NCBI GenBank assembly: GCA_038874135.1
Contig: JAVZCZ010000001.1
Coordinates: forward strand, 704,001 to 768,000
Direction of reading: 5' to 3'
From: Candidatus Woesearchaeota archaeon
GTDB lineage: Archaea > Nanobdellota > Nanobdellia > Woesearchaeales > 0-14-0-80-44-23
Length of the DNA: 64,000 nucleotides
The translations under genes were made by a program, and so were the position numbers. Shown here one piece after another: positions 9,255 to 19,457 of this stretch; position 1 is the first letter of the stretch; the number at the start of each line of letters is the position of its first letter. The notes under the pieces were generated by a model that saw only the letters and a list, made by a program, of their open reading frames with translations, ran no database searches and was not told where the DNA came from.

Positions 9255-10082
9255 ATGAAGTACAAAATGGAAGCAGAACCTAAGAACTTTTCAGTGAAGC
9301 CCAGCCCCTTTCTTTCACTGGCGTCAGCAATTTCAAAACTTGTCCTATTTTCAGCTATATGCTGGTTCTTTCTCATGATATTCAAATATTCTGCGGGTGA
9401 GGATACAATCTCAATGCTGCTTGAAACTTTCTCTCTTGATTTGAACCTCATCCGCACAACCGTTCTTCAACTATTTGTAGTCGCCTCTGTAATTTACATA
9501 GTCTATTCTGTGCTATCTGTGAATCAGATAAGTCTAGAAATAGGACGGGGCGTTCTGATCTATAAGCGAGGAATTCTTTTGGTGAAAAAGGATGTTGTTA
9601 GCAGCGATAATGTCGTGAGAATATACTCAGATAGCTCAAAGTTTTCAAGCATGGGAAAGCTCATACTGGAACTATCCGGACAGCTTCCCTTTATAGAGAT
9701 CCCATTTGTGCCCATGGTGAATAAGAAAGTGGAGCTCATTAAGCAGAAGATTTCAGAAGCGCAGGCAGAAGAGCTTGCTCGCAGGATATATGACATAGGG
9801 CGCGGCCAGATCGGCATTGAAATCGCACAGAAGATAAGCCGACTGATTTCTGTTCAGCAGGCATCTAAAGAAAGCATAGTTTCAGAGATAAAAAACATTT
9901 CAAGTCAGCAGAAGCTCGACAAAGACGTTTTTGAAGTTATCTTCTCTTATATGTTGAAGACTCACAGGATAACTAAGGACGAAGTGAAGGAGATTCTGTC
10001 AGAACTTATGAGGAGCGGCGTAATCTCACAGCAGGACGCCTCCGTGGTGCTTTTCAAGATCAATAATCTTCTAACCCCCTGA
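9255..10082 (+). CDS. Membrane protein, possibly with bacterial PH-like domain
   Basis: Two N-terminal TMs followed by beta-rich LIYKRGILLVKKD segment and helical tail. Confidence 0.55.
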   Translation: MKYKMEAEPKNFSVKPSPFLSLASAISKLVLFSAICWFFLMIFKYSAGEDTISMLLETFSLDLNLIRTTVLQLFVVASVIYIVYSVLSVNQISLEIGRGVLIYKRGILLVKKDVVSSDNVVRIYSDSSKFSSMGKLILELSGQLPFIEIPFVPMVNKKVELIKQKISEAQAEELARRIYDIGRGQIGIEIAQKISRLISVQQASKESIVSEIKNISSQQKLDKDVFEVIFSYMLKTHRITKDEVKEILSELMRSGVISQQDASVVLFKINNLLTP

Positions 10083-10640
10083 GCTTTTTTCTTTTTCCAG
10101 CTTCTCGTATAACATCACAAAGGTATCTGGCGAAACTTTAAGTCCAGCATTTATTATCAATCTAGCCAGAATTCTTCCGAGTTCCGGCTCGGATGTAAAC
10201 TCATTTCCCTCCTGAGATTCCTGTTTAAATCTTAATGCAGTTAGTAATTCCGTAATGGTCTGCTTGCAGATAAATCCCTCATTCGCCTTGAGAACGCATT
10301 CAGCCTCTCTCTTAGAACCCTTTCTTACAGTAAATCTCACTTTTTCTTCTGACAATTCTGCTTGAAGTGTTGTTTTTTTATCAACATCTTTTATGAAAAA
10401 CCCTTCTCTCTCCTCTGAAAAACCGCAGGCGAGAAGCTCCTCTGCAGTTATTTTAAGAATTGCCTTCTTAAAAGTTGTTTCATCACTAATTGTAAGGCTA
10501 GGCTCATAGTTTCTTTGAACATCAAACACCTTCCCGAGGTATTCTGAAACAGATTGTCTTGGACCATCTTTTGTCCATTTCTCACTTACCAAATAGGCAT
10601 ACCTATGCCTTCCATGCCCTTTAACCCTTATAAACGCCAT
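10071..10640 (-). CDS. Hypothetical protein with basic N-terminal beta motif
   Basis: 189-aa ORF, MAFIRVK...YAYLV...GPRQ...EYLG; upstream TATA-like element around 10667-10680. Confidence 0.7.
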   Translation of the reverse strand: MAFIRVKGHGRHRYAYLVSEKWTKDGPRQSVSEYLGKVFDVQRNYEPSLTISDETTFKKAILKITAEELLACGFSEEREGFFIKDVDKKTTLQAELSEEKVRFTVRKGSKREAECVLKANEGFICKQTITELLTALRFKQESQEGNEFTSEPELGRILARLIINAGLKVSPDTFVMLYEKLEKEKSSGG

Positions 10641-10731
10641 CCCAAAAAGTTATTTTTGGGCACTATGTTATAAATCTTTTGAAAAAGTGAGAGTTAAACT
10701 CATTTTAAAAATCCAACTCGAATAAATAAGC

Positions 10732-10745
10732 GAAAGATTTAAATA
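10732..10745 (+). promoter_or_regulatory. Archaeal BRE-TATA promoter of 5S rRNA
   Basis: GAAAGATTTAAATA about 25 bp upstream of the 5S 5' end. Confidence 0.75.
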
Positions 10746-10769
10746 GTGGAACTCTGCTGCTCCATCTCA

Positions 10770-10879
10770 GACGGCCAGAGTGGCCTGGTCCTACCCGATC
10801 CCATTCCGAACTCGGAAGTCAAGCAGGCCTACGTTCTGCGCGGTACTGCTCTCCAGAGCGGGAAATGCAGAAAGCCGTC
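10770..10879 (+). rRNA. rrf: 5S ribosomal RNA (unlinked)
   Basis: Terminal helix GACGGC/GCCGTC; conserved CCCGATCCCATTCCGAACTCGGAAGTCAAG; GTACT...GGGAAA loop E region; own promoter and T-tract downstream. Confidence 0.93.
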
Positions 10880-10880
10880 G

Positions 10881-10890
10881 CCCCTTTTTA
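10881..10890 (+). terminator. Oligo-T terminator after 5S rRNA
   Basis: CCCCTTTTTA directly after the 5S 3' end. Confidence 0.45.
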
Positions 10891-10945
10891 ATTCCGCTTT
10901 CATTAATTCCTAAATTCCCATTCTGAGAACTCTAAAATTCAAACC

Positions 10946-11848
10946 CTAAAGCTGGAGCTCCTTTAAGAACTGTTTAAGCTGAGGGCCAACATCTTCTCTT
11001 TCTAAAGCATATTTTATGACTGCTTTCAGATATGAAATTTTGTCTCCGACTGTGAGCCACTCCCCATCTATCTTATAGGCGTAGGCGCCTCTCTTTTTTG
11101 CAATAAAGCTGAGCGCATCAGTCAGGTTTATCTCCATATTAACTCCGGGCTTGGTTTTCTCCAGAACTTCAAATATGTCAGGCGTAAGTATGTATCTTCC
11201 AAGTATTGCCAGGTTGGAAGGAGCTTCTTCCCTCTTCGGCTTTTCAACCATCTCCTCAATTCTGAGAAGGCCGCCTTCCTTTTTTACCTTTACAACTCCG
11301 TATTTTGAAACCTCACTCATCTCTACAGGGGAAACAGCCACTACAGGGGCTTTTACCCTTGCGAATATTTGTATCATCTTCTTCATACACGGCTCCCTGC
11401 TTCTTACAAGGTCATCGCCTAAGAATACTGCAAAGGGCTCATCTCCTATGTGCTCCCTGGCTTTAAGCACTGCATGCCCAAGCCCAAGGGGGCTGCCCTG
11501 TCTTATGTAGTGAATGTTTGCCATACTGCTTATCTTTTCCATCTCTCTTATAAGCTCAGAGTTTCCCTTCTTACTCAGCTCTGCTTCCAGCTCGTAGCTC
11601 CTGTCAAAATGGTCTTCAATCGCCCTCTTGCCCCTCCCAGTGATTATGATTATATCCCTTATTCCAGAGGCGACCGCCTCCTCTATTATGTACTGTATTG
11701 CCGGCTTGTCAACTACTGGCATCATCTCCTTCGGCATGGCCTTTGTTGCAGGCAGGAATCTTGTGCCAAGCCCAGCTGCAGGTATGACGGCTTTTTTTAT
11801 CTTTAACTCACCACTTCTTTGCAGCTTTCCCATTAGTAAGTTCAGCAT
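10946..11848 (-). CDS. galU: UTP--glucose-1-phosphate uridylyltransferase
   Basis: KKAVIPAAGLGTRFLPATKAMPKEM, VDKPAIQY, LGLGHAV, VEKP. Confidence 0.96.
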   Translation of the reverse strand: MLNLLMGKLQRSGELKIKKAVIPAAGLGTRFLPATKAMPKEMMPVVDKPAIQYIIEEAVASGIRDIIIITGRGKRAIEDHFDRSYELEAELSKKGNSELIREMEKISSMANIHYIRQGSPLGLGHAVLKAREHIGDEPFAVFLGDDLVRSREPCMKKMIQIFARVKAPVVAVSPVEMSEVSKYGVVKVKKEGGLLRIEEMVEKPKREEAPSNLAILGRYILTPDIFEVLEKTKPGVNMEINLTDALSFIAKKRGAYAYKIDGEWLTVGDKISYLKAVIKYALEREDVGPQLKQFLKELQL

Positions 11849-11896
11849 TTTACAAGCCTACTGTAATGCTTTAAATTGGCTATTTAAATCTTCTCC

Positions 11897-13180
11897 CTAC
11901 CAACTCAGCCCAATGTAGTGTTTAGGCCTGTTTGAGCTGGCTCCGAAAAGGTTTTTGCAGTCAATTACCCGCTTTGTTCCAAAATTAAGCTTTCTGAATT
12001 CTTCCCACTCTGTAAGTATTAGAATCGCATCTGAATTTTTGATAACCTCCTCAGAATTTCTTGCAAAAGTGACACTTTTACTCTTTAAGAGCCTTCTCGC
12101 ATTTTCAATTCCTAAGGGGTCGTAGGCTTTTACAATTATGCCTTTTTTCAGCAGGGCATTTATAACTCTTAATGCAGGGCTCTCTCTTATATCGTCAGTT
12201 CCAGCCTTAAAAGTCAGTCCTAGCACGCCGAGCTTGACACCCCCTTTCAGCAGCCTTTCTCCTTTTAATATTTTTAAAAGCATTTTAATCTGAGTGTTAT
12301 TAACTTCTAAAACTGAGCTCAGCAGCTTTGGACTGACACCATTTTTCTCAGCATGCTTTATTATTGTTTTCAAGTCCTTTGGAAGGCAGCTTCCTCCAAA
12401 CCCTATGCCCGGGCTTAAAAAGCTGGGGCCTATTCTCGGGTCAAGCCCCATGATTCTTGCCACAGTGTTAGTGTCAGCGCCACTCTTCTTGCATATGTTT
12501 CCAATCTCATTTATGAAAGAGATCTTAGCTGCAAGGAAAGCGTTTGAAGCATACTTTCCCATCTCAGCATCTCTGAAGCTGCACTCTATTACTGGGCACT
12601 CCGTCCAGGAGTAGAGCTTCCTAGCCGCCCTTCTTGAATTCAGGTCAGAACTTCCTATAACTATTCTAGAAGGCTTGAAGAAGTCCAGCATGGCCCTTCC
12701 TTCTCTTAAAAATTCAGGATTCATTACAACTCCGAAGTCCTTCCCAAAACTCTTTTTAGACTCCTTTTCTAAAGTCTTAACTATCATCTCGCTAGTTCCC
12801 GGAGGTACAGTGCTCTTTATTATTATGAGATGCTTTCCCTTCTTCTCTGCAAGAGCCCTCCCAATCTGCGAGGCGCTTTCAAAAATATTTTTAAGAGAGA
12901 TTGTTCCATTCTTCCTTATTGGCGTGTTTACGCATATGAATGTAACTGAAGAAGAGAGTACTGCCTCTTTTACATCTGAGGTCGCTCTTAGCCTCTCTGG
13001 CACTAACTTTTTGAGAATTTCATCCAGGTGTTCTTCCCTTATCGGAGCTATTCCATTATTTATCATGGCAACTTTTTCTCTGTCTATGTCAGCGCAAACA
13101 ACCTCATGCCCTAATGCTGAGAATGCTGCAGCGGTTACAAGCCCTACATAGCCACTTCCAACTACTGAGATTTTCGCCAC
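11897..13180 (-). CDS. ugd: UDP-glucose/GDP-mannose 6-dehydrogenase
   Basis: GSGYVG, KSTVPPGT, NPEFLREG, GFGGSCLPKD, FKAGTDDIRESP. Confidence 0.94.
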   Translation of the reverse strand: MAKISVVGSGYVGLVTAAAFSALGHEVVCADIDREKVAMINNGIAPIREEHLDEILKKLVPERLRATSDVKEAVLSSSVTFICVNTPIRKNGTISLKNIFESASQIGRALAEKKGKHLIIIKSTVPPGTSEMIVKTLEKESKKSFGKDFGVVMNPEFLREGRAMLDFFKPSRIVIGSSDLNSRRAARKLYSWTECPVIECSFRDAEMGKYASNAFLAAKISFINEIGNICKKSGADTNTVARIMGLDPRIGPSFLSPGIGFGGSCLPKDLKTIIKHAEKNGVSPKLLSSVLEVNNTQIKMLLKILKGERLLKGGVKLGVLGLTFKAGTDDIRESPALRVINALLKKGIIVKAYDPLGIENARRLLKSKSVTFARNSEEVIKNSDAILILTEWEEFRKLNFGTKRVIDCKNLFGASSNRPKHYIGLSW

Positions 13181-13274
13181 AGAAGCACTATTCTATCAAT
13201 CCATTTTTAAATCTTCTTTTTTTACTTTCTAATTTTTAGTTAGTTTTTTATAATTCTTCTATTTCAATTTCATT

Positions 13275-14357
13275 ATGCGTGGTAAGATCAAATACTCTTT
13301 TGTACTTCCCTGCCGAAATGAAGAGCTCTCAGTAGCAGAATGCATAAGAAAAATTAAGAAAACAGCGCAGGGCTTACCTTACGAGATAATAGTTGTAGAT
13401 AATGCTTCTACAGATGATTCAGCCAGAATTGCCAAAAAGGAAGGTGCTAGAGTAATTAAAGAGCCAAGGATAGGCTACGGATCTGCTGTTCTGAAAGGGA
13501 TAAATGTTGCTCGCGGAGAAATAATAATAATGGGAGATTCTGACGGCACCTACGACTTTTCAGAGTTCAAAAGGCTTGTAGAAAAGCTTTCAGATTCCGA
13601 CATAGTGCTCGGCTCAAGAATGCGAGGCTCAATAAAAGAAGGTGCAATGCCCTTCATAAACAGGTACATAGGAAACCCGATGCTTAGAGGCACACTCAAC
13701 CTCTTCTTCAGAGCACACATCTCAGACCCACAGACCGGCTTTAGGGCTTTCAGAAAATCAACAATAAAAAAATTGGACCTCAAAACAACAGGGATGGAGT
13801 TCGCATCTGAAATGCTAATAAACGCGCTTACAAGGGGGCTCAAGATCTCAGAAGTTCCAATAACATACTATCCTAGAAGATCATCCTCAAAACTAAGACC
13901 ACTCTCAGATGGGTGGCGCCATTTAAGATTCCTTCTAATGTATAGTCCAACATACCTCTTCATAATCCCGGGAGCAATAATAATGCTTATAGGAATATCA
14001 TTATTAATTTTATACTTACTTTTCAACTCGCCAATATCTACAGGAATCTTGGGCTCAATGCTTGCAATACTCGGATATCAGATAATTGGCACAGGATTAT
14101 ACGCTAGAACTTATTCAATTGTTAACGGCTTCACACCACACGACCCAATCATAGACACTTTAGCCCGACATTTTCCTCTAGAGCGTACCCTTCTTATAGG
14201 GTTTTTAACCTTCATTGTTTCAGTATTTGGAGGGCTAATAACTGCTAAGCAAAATGTTAAGAGCATACCCCTAATAGCATTAACATTCCTCATAATCGGG
14301 CTTCAAACAATATTCTCAGGATTCTTCCTAAGCATAATGCTGGTGGAGAAGAGGTAA
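13275..14357 (+). CDS. GT2 glycosyltransferase (polyprenol-phosphate glycosyltransferase-like) with C-terminal TMs
   Basis: VLPCRNEE, VVDNASTD, GYGSA, GDSDGTY, ISDPQTGFRAF, GMEFASEM. Confidence 0.9.
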   Translation: MRGKIKYSFVLPCRNEELSVAECIRKIKKTAQGLPYEIIVVDNASTDDSARIAKKEGARVIKEPRIGYGSAVLKGINVARGEIIIMGDSDGTYDFSEFKRLVEKLSDSDIVLGSRMRGSIKEGAMPFINRYIGNPMLRGTLNLFFRAHISDPQTGFRAFRKSTIKKLDLKTTGMEFASEMLINALTRGLKISEVPITYYPRRSSSKLRPLSDGWRHLRFLLMYSPTYLFIIPGAIIMLIGISLLILYLLFNSPISTGILGSMLAILGYQIIGTGLYARTYSIVNGFTPHDPIIDTLARHFPLERTLLIGFLTFIVSVFGGLITAKQNVKSIPLIALTFLIIGLQTIFSGFFLSIMLVEKR

Positions 14358-14358
14358 A

Positions 14359-15366
14359 ATGAAACGCAGCATACTCGTAACAGGAGGCGCCGGCTTCATG
14401 GGCTCCCACTTAGTTGACGAGCTCATAAGCAAGGGACACTATGTAAGAGTAGTAGACAACCTCTCAGGGGGCTATCTCTCAAATGTTAATCCCAAGGCAG
14501 AATTCATAAAGGGAGACCTTCAGAATCCAAAAGTTTGCAGGAATGCAGTTGAAGGAGTAGAAATAATCTATCACCTGGCAGCACACGCTGCAGAAGGACA
14601 GAGCATATTCTGCCCAGTCTACAACGCAAAATCAAACTACATAGGCTTCTTACAACTTTTACAAGCAGCAATAAACTCAGATGTAAAAACCTTCATACAC
14701 ACTAGCTCAATGAGCGTATATGGCAAACAGGAAAAGATGCCCATGACTGAAGAACAGCCGCACAACCCTCAAGATCCATACGCTGTTGGGAAGGCAGCAA
14801 TGGAACAACTTCTAAAGATTTATGGAGAAATCTTCGGCTTCAACTACTCAATATTAATACCTCATAATGTTTATGGAGAGCGTCAAAACCTGCAAGACCC
14901 TTACAGAAATGTGATAGCAATATTTATGAACAGGGTAATGCACGGAAAGCCCCCAATAATCTTTGGGGATGGAAACCAGACCAGGGCATTCACATATGTA
15001 AAGGACTGCACACCCTACATTGCAAAAGCAGCGTTCACCCGGGCAGCCTTTAGCCAGCGCATAAACATAGGCTCAGAAGAAGCAGTTACAATAAATGAGG
15101 TTGCAAAGATGGTTCTAGAAGAGATGGGCCGCACAGACCTAAAGCCGATACACATGCCCCCCCGCCCGATGGAAGTAAGGCACGCATACTGCTCATCGCA
15201 AAAGGCTAAAAAAATACTAAACTACAAAACAACTACGCCGCTACGCGTTGGAATAAGCAGAATGGCAAACTGGGTAAAAAAACAGGGCCCAAAGAAGTTC
15301 AAATACTGGAAGCAGCTGGAAATAACAAAAAAAGCACCAGAGGTCTGGCTGAAGAGGATGCATTAA
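14359..15366 (+). CDS. NAD-dependent sugar epimerase/dehydratase
   Basis: ILVTGGAGFMG, HLAA, YAVGK, NVYG, GDGNQTRAF. Confidence 0.93.
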   Translation: MKRSILVTGGAGFMGSHLVDELISKGHYVRVVDNLSGGYLSNVNPKAEFIKGDLQNPKVCRNAVEGVEIIYHLAAHAAEGQSIFCPVYNAKSNYIGFLQLLQAAINSDVKTFIHTSSMSVYGKQEKMPMTEEQPHNPQDPYAVGKAAMEQLLKIYGEIFGFNYSILIPHNVYGERQNLQDPYRNVIAIFMNRVMHGKPPIIFGDGNQTRAFTYVKDCTPYIAKAAFTRAAFSQRINIGSEEAVTINEVAKMVLEEMGRTDLKPIHMPPRPMEVRHAYCSSQKAKKILNYKTTTPLRVGISRMANWVKKQGPKKFKYWKQLEITKKAPEVWLKRMH

Positions 15367-15614
15367 CCCTGCTTCTTTTCCATTATACGAGTATCCCTTC
15401 TTACTTCCACAATGTTAAAGAACTTGATATAGGTCACAATAGGGAGCAGTAGCAGCAGAACCAATAATGAGATTAAAAAGAAAGAAAACTTGTCCGAATT
15501 CAAACGCATAATGCCAAAGACGTGCACAACTGCAAGCGAGAACACAGTAACCACTGCGAGAATATAGGTTACAAGGCCAAGAGTTTTAAGCCTTCTGCCT
15601 GCCTCAGCATCCAT
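15363..15614 (-). CDS. Small two-TM membrane protein
   Basis: 83 aa with two hydrophobic helices, directly downstream of the epimerase at 15619-16545. Confidence 0.6.
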   Translation of the reverse strand: MDAEAGRRLKTLGLVTYILAVVTVFSLAVVHVFGIMRLNSDKFSFFLISLLVLLLLLPIVTYIKFFNIVEVRRDTRIMEKKQG

Positions 15615-15618
15615 AAAA

Positions 15619-16545
15619 CTACACCTCCTTTCTAAAAAAACTTACAGTCAGCCCTATCCCGTCCTTCAGATTAACCCTGGGAGTCCAGCCCAACAGCTTC
15701 TTAGCCAGGGAATAGTCAAGCGCAATCCTCCTGACCTCGCCCTTGATGGCGGGAGCATGCACAGGCCTAACTCCTGAGCGTATGAAGCTCTCCAGAATTT
15801 CAAAAATCTCATTAACAGAAGTTTCAATGCCGCTCCCAATGTTAATTGAAACCCCGTGAATATCCCTCTCCGCAGCCAGCAGGTTTGCTAATGCAACATC
15901 CCCTACATAAACAAAATCTCTCGTCTGAGCTCCATCCCCATTAATAGTTGGAACCTCCCCGCTCAGCATCTTCTTAGCAAATATTGCAATAACACCAGCT
16001 TCGCCAAAAGGATTCTGCCTGGGCCCATAAACATTAGAATACCTTAAAGCCACATACTTCAAGCCGTGCACCCTCGCATAATATGACAAATACTGCTCTA
16101 CACAATACTTAGCAACACCGTAAGGACACAATGGCTTCACTTCAGTATTCTCATCGCAGGGAATCCTTGACGGATTTCCATAAAGAGCCCCGCCGGTACT
16201 AGAAAATATAAGCTTCTTAACCCCGTGCCTAATACAGTTCTCAATAATGTTAATTGAGCCTAAAATGTTAACATTGGCATCATAAACAGGTTCCCTTAAC
16301 GACTTTGAAACGCTAATCTGAGCTGCTAAGTGAAAAACATAATCGGGCTTCTCAGCAGAAAAAATCGTATCAATAGCATCACTCAGGATGTCAGCCCTAT
16401 AAAATTTTGCCCTGTTATCCACATTCTTCAAACTTCCCGAATCAAGATTGTCCACAACCACAACATCATAGCCGTTTTCAAGAAGAACATCCACCACGTG
16501 GCTTCCTATAAAGCCAGCGCCACCACTCACCAAAGCTTTAGGCAT
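15619..16545 (-). CDS. galE: UDP-glucose 4-epimerase-like SDR
   Basis: Start revised to MPKALVSGGAGFIG; HLAAQISV, SSTGGALYG, YGVAK, NVYGPRQNPFGEAGV. Confidence 0.88.
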   Translation of the reverse strand: MPKALVSGGAGFIGSHVVDVLLENGYDVVVVDNLDSGSLKNVDNRAKFYRADILSDAIDTIFSAEKPDYVFHLAAQISVSKSLREPVYDANVNILGSINIIENCIRHGVKKLIFSSTGGALYGNPSRIPCDENTEVKPLCPYGVAKYCVEQYLSYYARVHGLKYVALRYSNVYGPRQNPFGEAGVIAIFAKKMLSGEVPTINGDGAQTRDFVYVGDVALANLLAAERDIHGVSINIGSGIETSVNEIFEILESFIRSGVRPVHAPAIKGEVRRIALDYSLAKKLLGWTPRVNLKDGIGLTVSFFRKEV

Positions 16546-16637
16546 AACCAATAATGATTTAAAAGCGTATATAAAGCTTTCCCAAATATGACCAATAAAG
16601 AGACAAATATTTAAACAAGGGCAAACCACAACTAAGC

Positions 16638-17630
16638 ATGCCAAAAGTGAGTGTAGGAATAATTGTAAAGAATGAATCGCGCTCAATAAAAAAGCTTATA
16701 GAATCACTTCTTAAACAAGACTTCAAAGATTATGAGATAGTAATTGTAGATGGAAACTCAACTGACGGGACTCAGCAAATAATTCAAGACTACAAAAAAA
16801 GGTTCCCTAAAAAAATTAAACTAATAATATCCGATTCGGGAAAGCGTGGCTTGGACAGAAACATAATGTTATCAAAATGCAAAGGAAAATATATTTGTGT
16901 AATAGATGCCGGCGTAACTCCCACAAAAAGCTGGATCTCAGAATTAGTATACCATTTTGAGAAGAACAGGAAGAGACTTCCAAAACTAGCAGGTATGGGA
17001 GGAAAAACAAAATTAATCAGAGACACTTGGCAGAAGAAAACAATTTACGCATTCTTGGAAACACCCATAGGCTCTGGAGGAAGTAAGCAGTTAAATGAAA
17101 ACATAAAAAAATTTACACTTGTAGATTCATTTCCCAACTGCAACGGCATATACCTCTCATCAATAATAAAAAGAACAGGTTACCCTCCTAGACATGGGGC
17201 TGAGGACTTCGGACTGAATAGGCAGCTCATCAAAGAAGGATACCTGCTCGGCATAAATCCCAAGCCAGTAGTAAAACACAACTACATAGAATCCTTTTCA
17301 GACTTCTTAAAAAAAATGATGGATTACGGCGACATGCAAGCCAGAGCATTTCTGCAGAGCAGAACATTTAGATGGTATGTTCCCATAGTTTTCCTATATG
17401 GAATATATCACCTAGTAGCTTTAATACTTCTATTTTTCAAGATGCGTTTGCCAATCCTGCTTTCAATCTATTCACAGCTCCTTTTCTTCCTGTTCTTTGG
17501 AATAATCTATTCAGCAAAAAAGAAAAATTTAATTTACATGTTTTCCTTCATTTTTTATCCATTGCAATACTTCGCATATTTCGTTGGACTTTTACGGGGA
17601 TTATATAAGAGGTATGGTGAAATTAGATGA
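16638..17630 (+). CDS. GT2 glycosyltransferase with C-terminal TMs
   Basis: IIVKNE, IVDGNSTDGT, VIDAG, AEDF. Confidence 0.88.
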   Translation: MPKVSVGIIVKNESRSIKKLIESLLKQDFKDYEIVIVDGNSTDGTQQIIQDYKKRFPKKIKLIISDSGKRGLDRNIMLSKCKGKYICVIDAGVTPTKSWISELVYHFEKNRKRLPKLAGMGGKTKLIRDTWQKKTIYAFLETPIGSGGSKQLNENIKKFTLVDSFPNCNGIYLSSIIKRTGYPPRHGAEDFGLNRQLIKEGYLLGINPKPVVKHNYIESFSDFLKKMMDYGDMQARAFLQSRTFRWYVPIVFLYGIYHLVALILLFFKMRLPILLSIYSQLLFFLFFGIIYSAKKKNLIYMFSFIFYPLQYFAYFVGLLRGLYKRYGEIR

Positions 17631-18703
17631 GAATAGCTTATATTGCTCACCCTCTGGCATTTCAGCTTTATGGAGGATCTGAACTGCAATTTGAAAGGTA
17701 CTACCAACTTCTCAAAAAGCATTTTAAAATAAAAATTTTTAACCCGACAAGAGATGATTTATCAACTTTTCAAGTTCTTCATAATTTTACTCTAAACCCA
17801 GATATGTTGCCTGTTTTGGAATATGCTAAAAAATTAGGAATAAAAATTGTAACAAATTCAAACTACTGGAACTTAGAAAAAATTGTTTTGAACAATCCGG
17901 AATTTTCTATTTTTAAAAGAATTGGATATGTACTCTCATCTAAGCTTACTATCTCTGGGAGATTCAATTGGCTGCTAAAATTTTTTAATCCAAAACTTGT
18001 ATATATATATGGACAAAAATTAGTCTTAGATTTGAGTGATACAATAATAGTGAACTCTCAAGCTGAAAAATACCTTTTAGTAAAAGATTTTAAAATTTGT
18101 AAGTCTAAAATATTTGTAATTCCAAACGGAGTAGACCAAAAATTCAGATACGGCAGCGCATCTGCATTTATCAAAAAGTATCGTATTAAAGATTTCGTTT
18201 TATATGTGGGCAGGATAGAGCCAAAAAAGAATGTTCTTTCACTCATTAGAGCTACAAGAAATATAAACACTCCTTTAGTGATTGTGGGGGACTACAACCC
18301 CAACTACCCTAAGTATTGTGCTGCTGTCAAAAAAGAGGCTGAAGCTTCAAATACGGTTATAATACCACGGCTACCGCACGATTCTGAAATGCTTAGAAGT
18401 GCATATAAAGCCTGTAAAGTATTTGCATTAGTTAGCTTCGGAGAAACTCCAGGCCTGAGCGCTTTGGAAGCAGGACTGGCTGGTGCAAATGTTGTAATAA
18501 CTGAAATAGGCTCCACTAGAGAATATTTTTCTGATTTTGCCTATTATGTAAACCCGGAATCTCAAATTGACATTGAGAACAAAATAAAAAAAGCTTATGA
18601 AACTCAGAAAAATAGAGCACTAAGCAAACACATCTACAAAAATTATTTATGGAAAAAAATTTTAACCAAGACTAAATTTGAGGAGGTATACTGTAATGAC
18701 TAA
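17627..18703 (+). CDS. GT4 glycosyltransferase
   Basis: YGGSE, VIPNGVD, VGRIEPKKN, ETPGLSALEA. Confidence 0.9.
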   Translation: MRIAYIAHPLAFQLYGGSELQFERYYQLLKKHFKIKIFNPTRDDLSTFQVLHNFTLNPDMLPVLEYAKKLGIKIVTNSNYWNLEKIVLNNPEFSIFKRIGYVLSSKLTISGRFNWLLKFFNPKLVYIYGQKLVLDLSDTIIVNSQAEKYLLVKDFKICKSKIFVIPNGVDQKFRYGSASAFIKKYRIKDFVLYVGRIEPKKNVLSLIRATRNINTPLVIVGDYNPNYPKYCAAVKKEAEASNTVIIPRLPHDSEMLRSAYKACKVFALVSFGETPGLSALEAGLAGANVVITEIGSTREYFSDFAYYVNPESQIDIENKIKKAYETQKNRALSKHIYKNYLWKKILTKTKFEEVYCND

Positions 18704-19457
18704 GCTTTCTGTCTTTATCATCGCAAAGAATGAGGAAGAAAAAATTGAAAATGCTTTGAAAAGCATTAAAAAAATTGCAGATGAAATAATTTTAATTGAT
18801 GATTTTAGTACTGACAAAACAACTTCTATTGCGAAAAGATATGGAGCAAAAATTTTCAGAAAAAAATTGAAAAGCTTTGCCACTCAAAAAAATTTAGCGA
18901 TAAGCAAGTGCAAAAATGAATGGGTCTTAGAATTGGACTCTGACGAAGTGTTGCCCGAAAAGACAGCTACTGAAATTATTCAAGTATTAAAAAATCCAAA
19001 ATTTGACGGATATTACCTGTATAGAGATGAATTTTTTTTGGGGAAAAAGATTTTTAGTGTTAAAAAACTGAGGCTCTACAAAAAAAGTTTTGCAAAATAT
19101 TTCGGGATAGTGCATGAAGAATTAGAATTTAAAGGAACTGTTGGAATGCTTTCCAATCATTTTATTCATGAACAGTATAAATACGAATCGGTTTCATACT
19201 TTATTCAGAAAAAGATCAATTATTATAGTGATCTTGAAATAAAAAAAATTGAACAAAATAACTTAAAATTAAGCAGAGCTAAAACAATCTGGTTGATGTT
19301 TTATGAGCCAATAAAGTATTTCTTTGGGCTACTCTTTTATAAAGGTGCAGTTCGTGCAGGATTTGTTGGGATTATGTACGCTTATCTTTTCGCTTTTTAT
19401 AGATTTCTGATATACCTGAAATATTACGAGAAATTTTATGTCAACCCAAATCCTTAA
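18696..19457 (+). CDS. GT2 glycosyltransferase (beta-1,4-glucosyltransferase-like)
   Basis: AGGAGGT RBS then MTKLSVFIIAKNEE, DDFSTDKT, QKN, LDSDE, VHE. Confidence 0.9.
   Translation: MTKLSVFIIAKNEEEKIENALKSIKKIADEIILIDDFSTDKTTSIAKRYGAKIFRKKLKSFATQKNLAISKCKNEWVLELDSDEVLPEKTATEIIQVLKNPKFDGYYLYRDEFFLGKKIFSVKKLRLYKKSFAKYFGIVHEELEFKGTVGMLSNHFIHEQYKYESVSYFIQKKINYYSDLEIKKIEQNNLKLSRAKTIWLMFYEPIKYFFGLLFYKGAVRAGFVGIMYAYLFAFYRFLIYLKYYEKFYVNPNP

Noticed and set aside
10071-10640. IS1634-like transposase, suggested by the N-terminal motif
   Set aside because: Only 189 aa, no DDE domain, no inverted repeats seen
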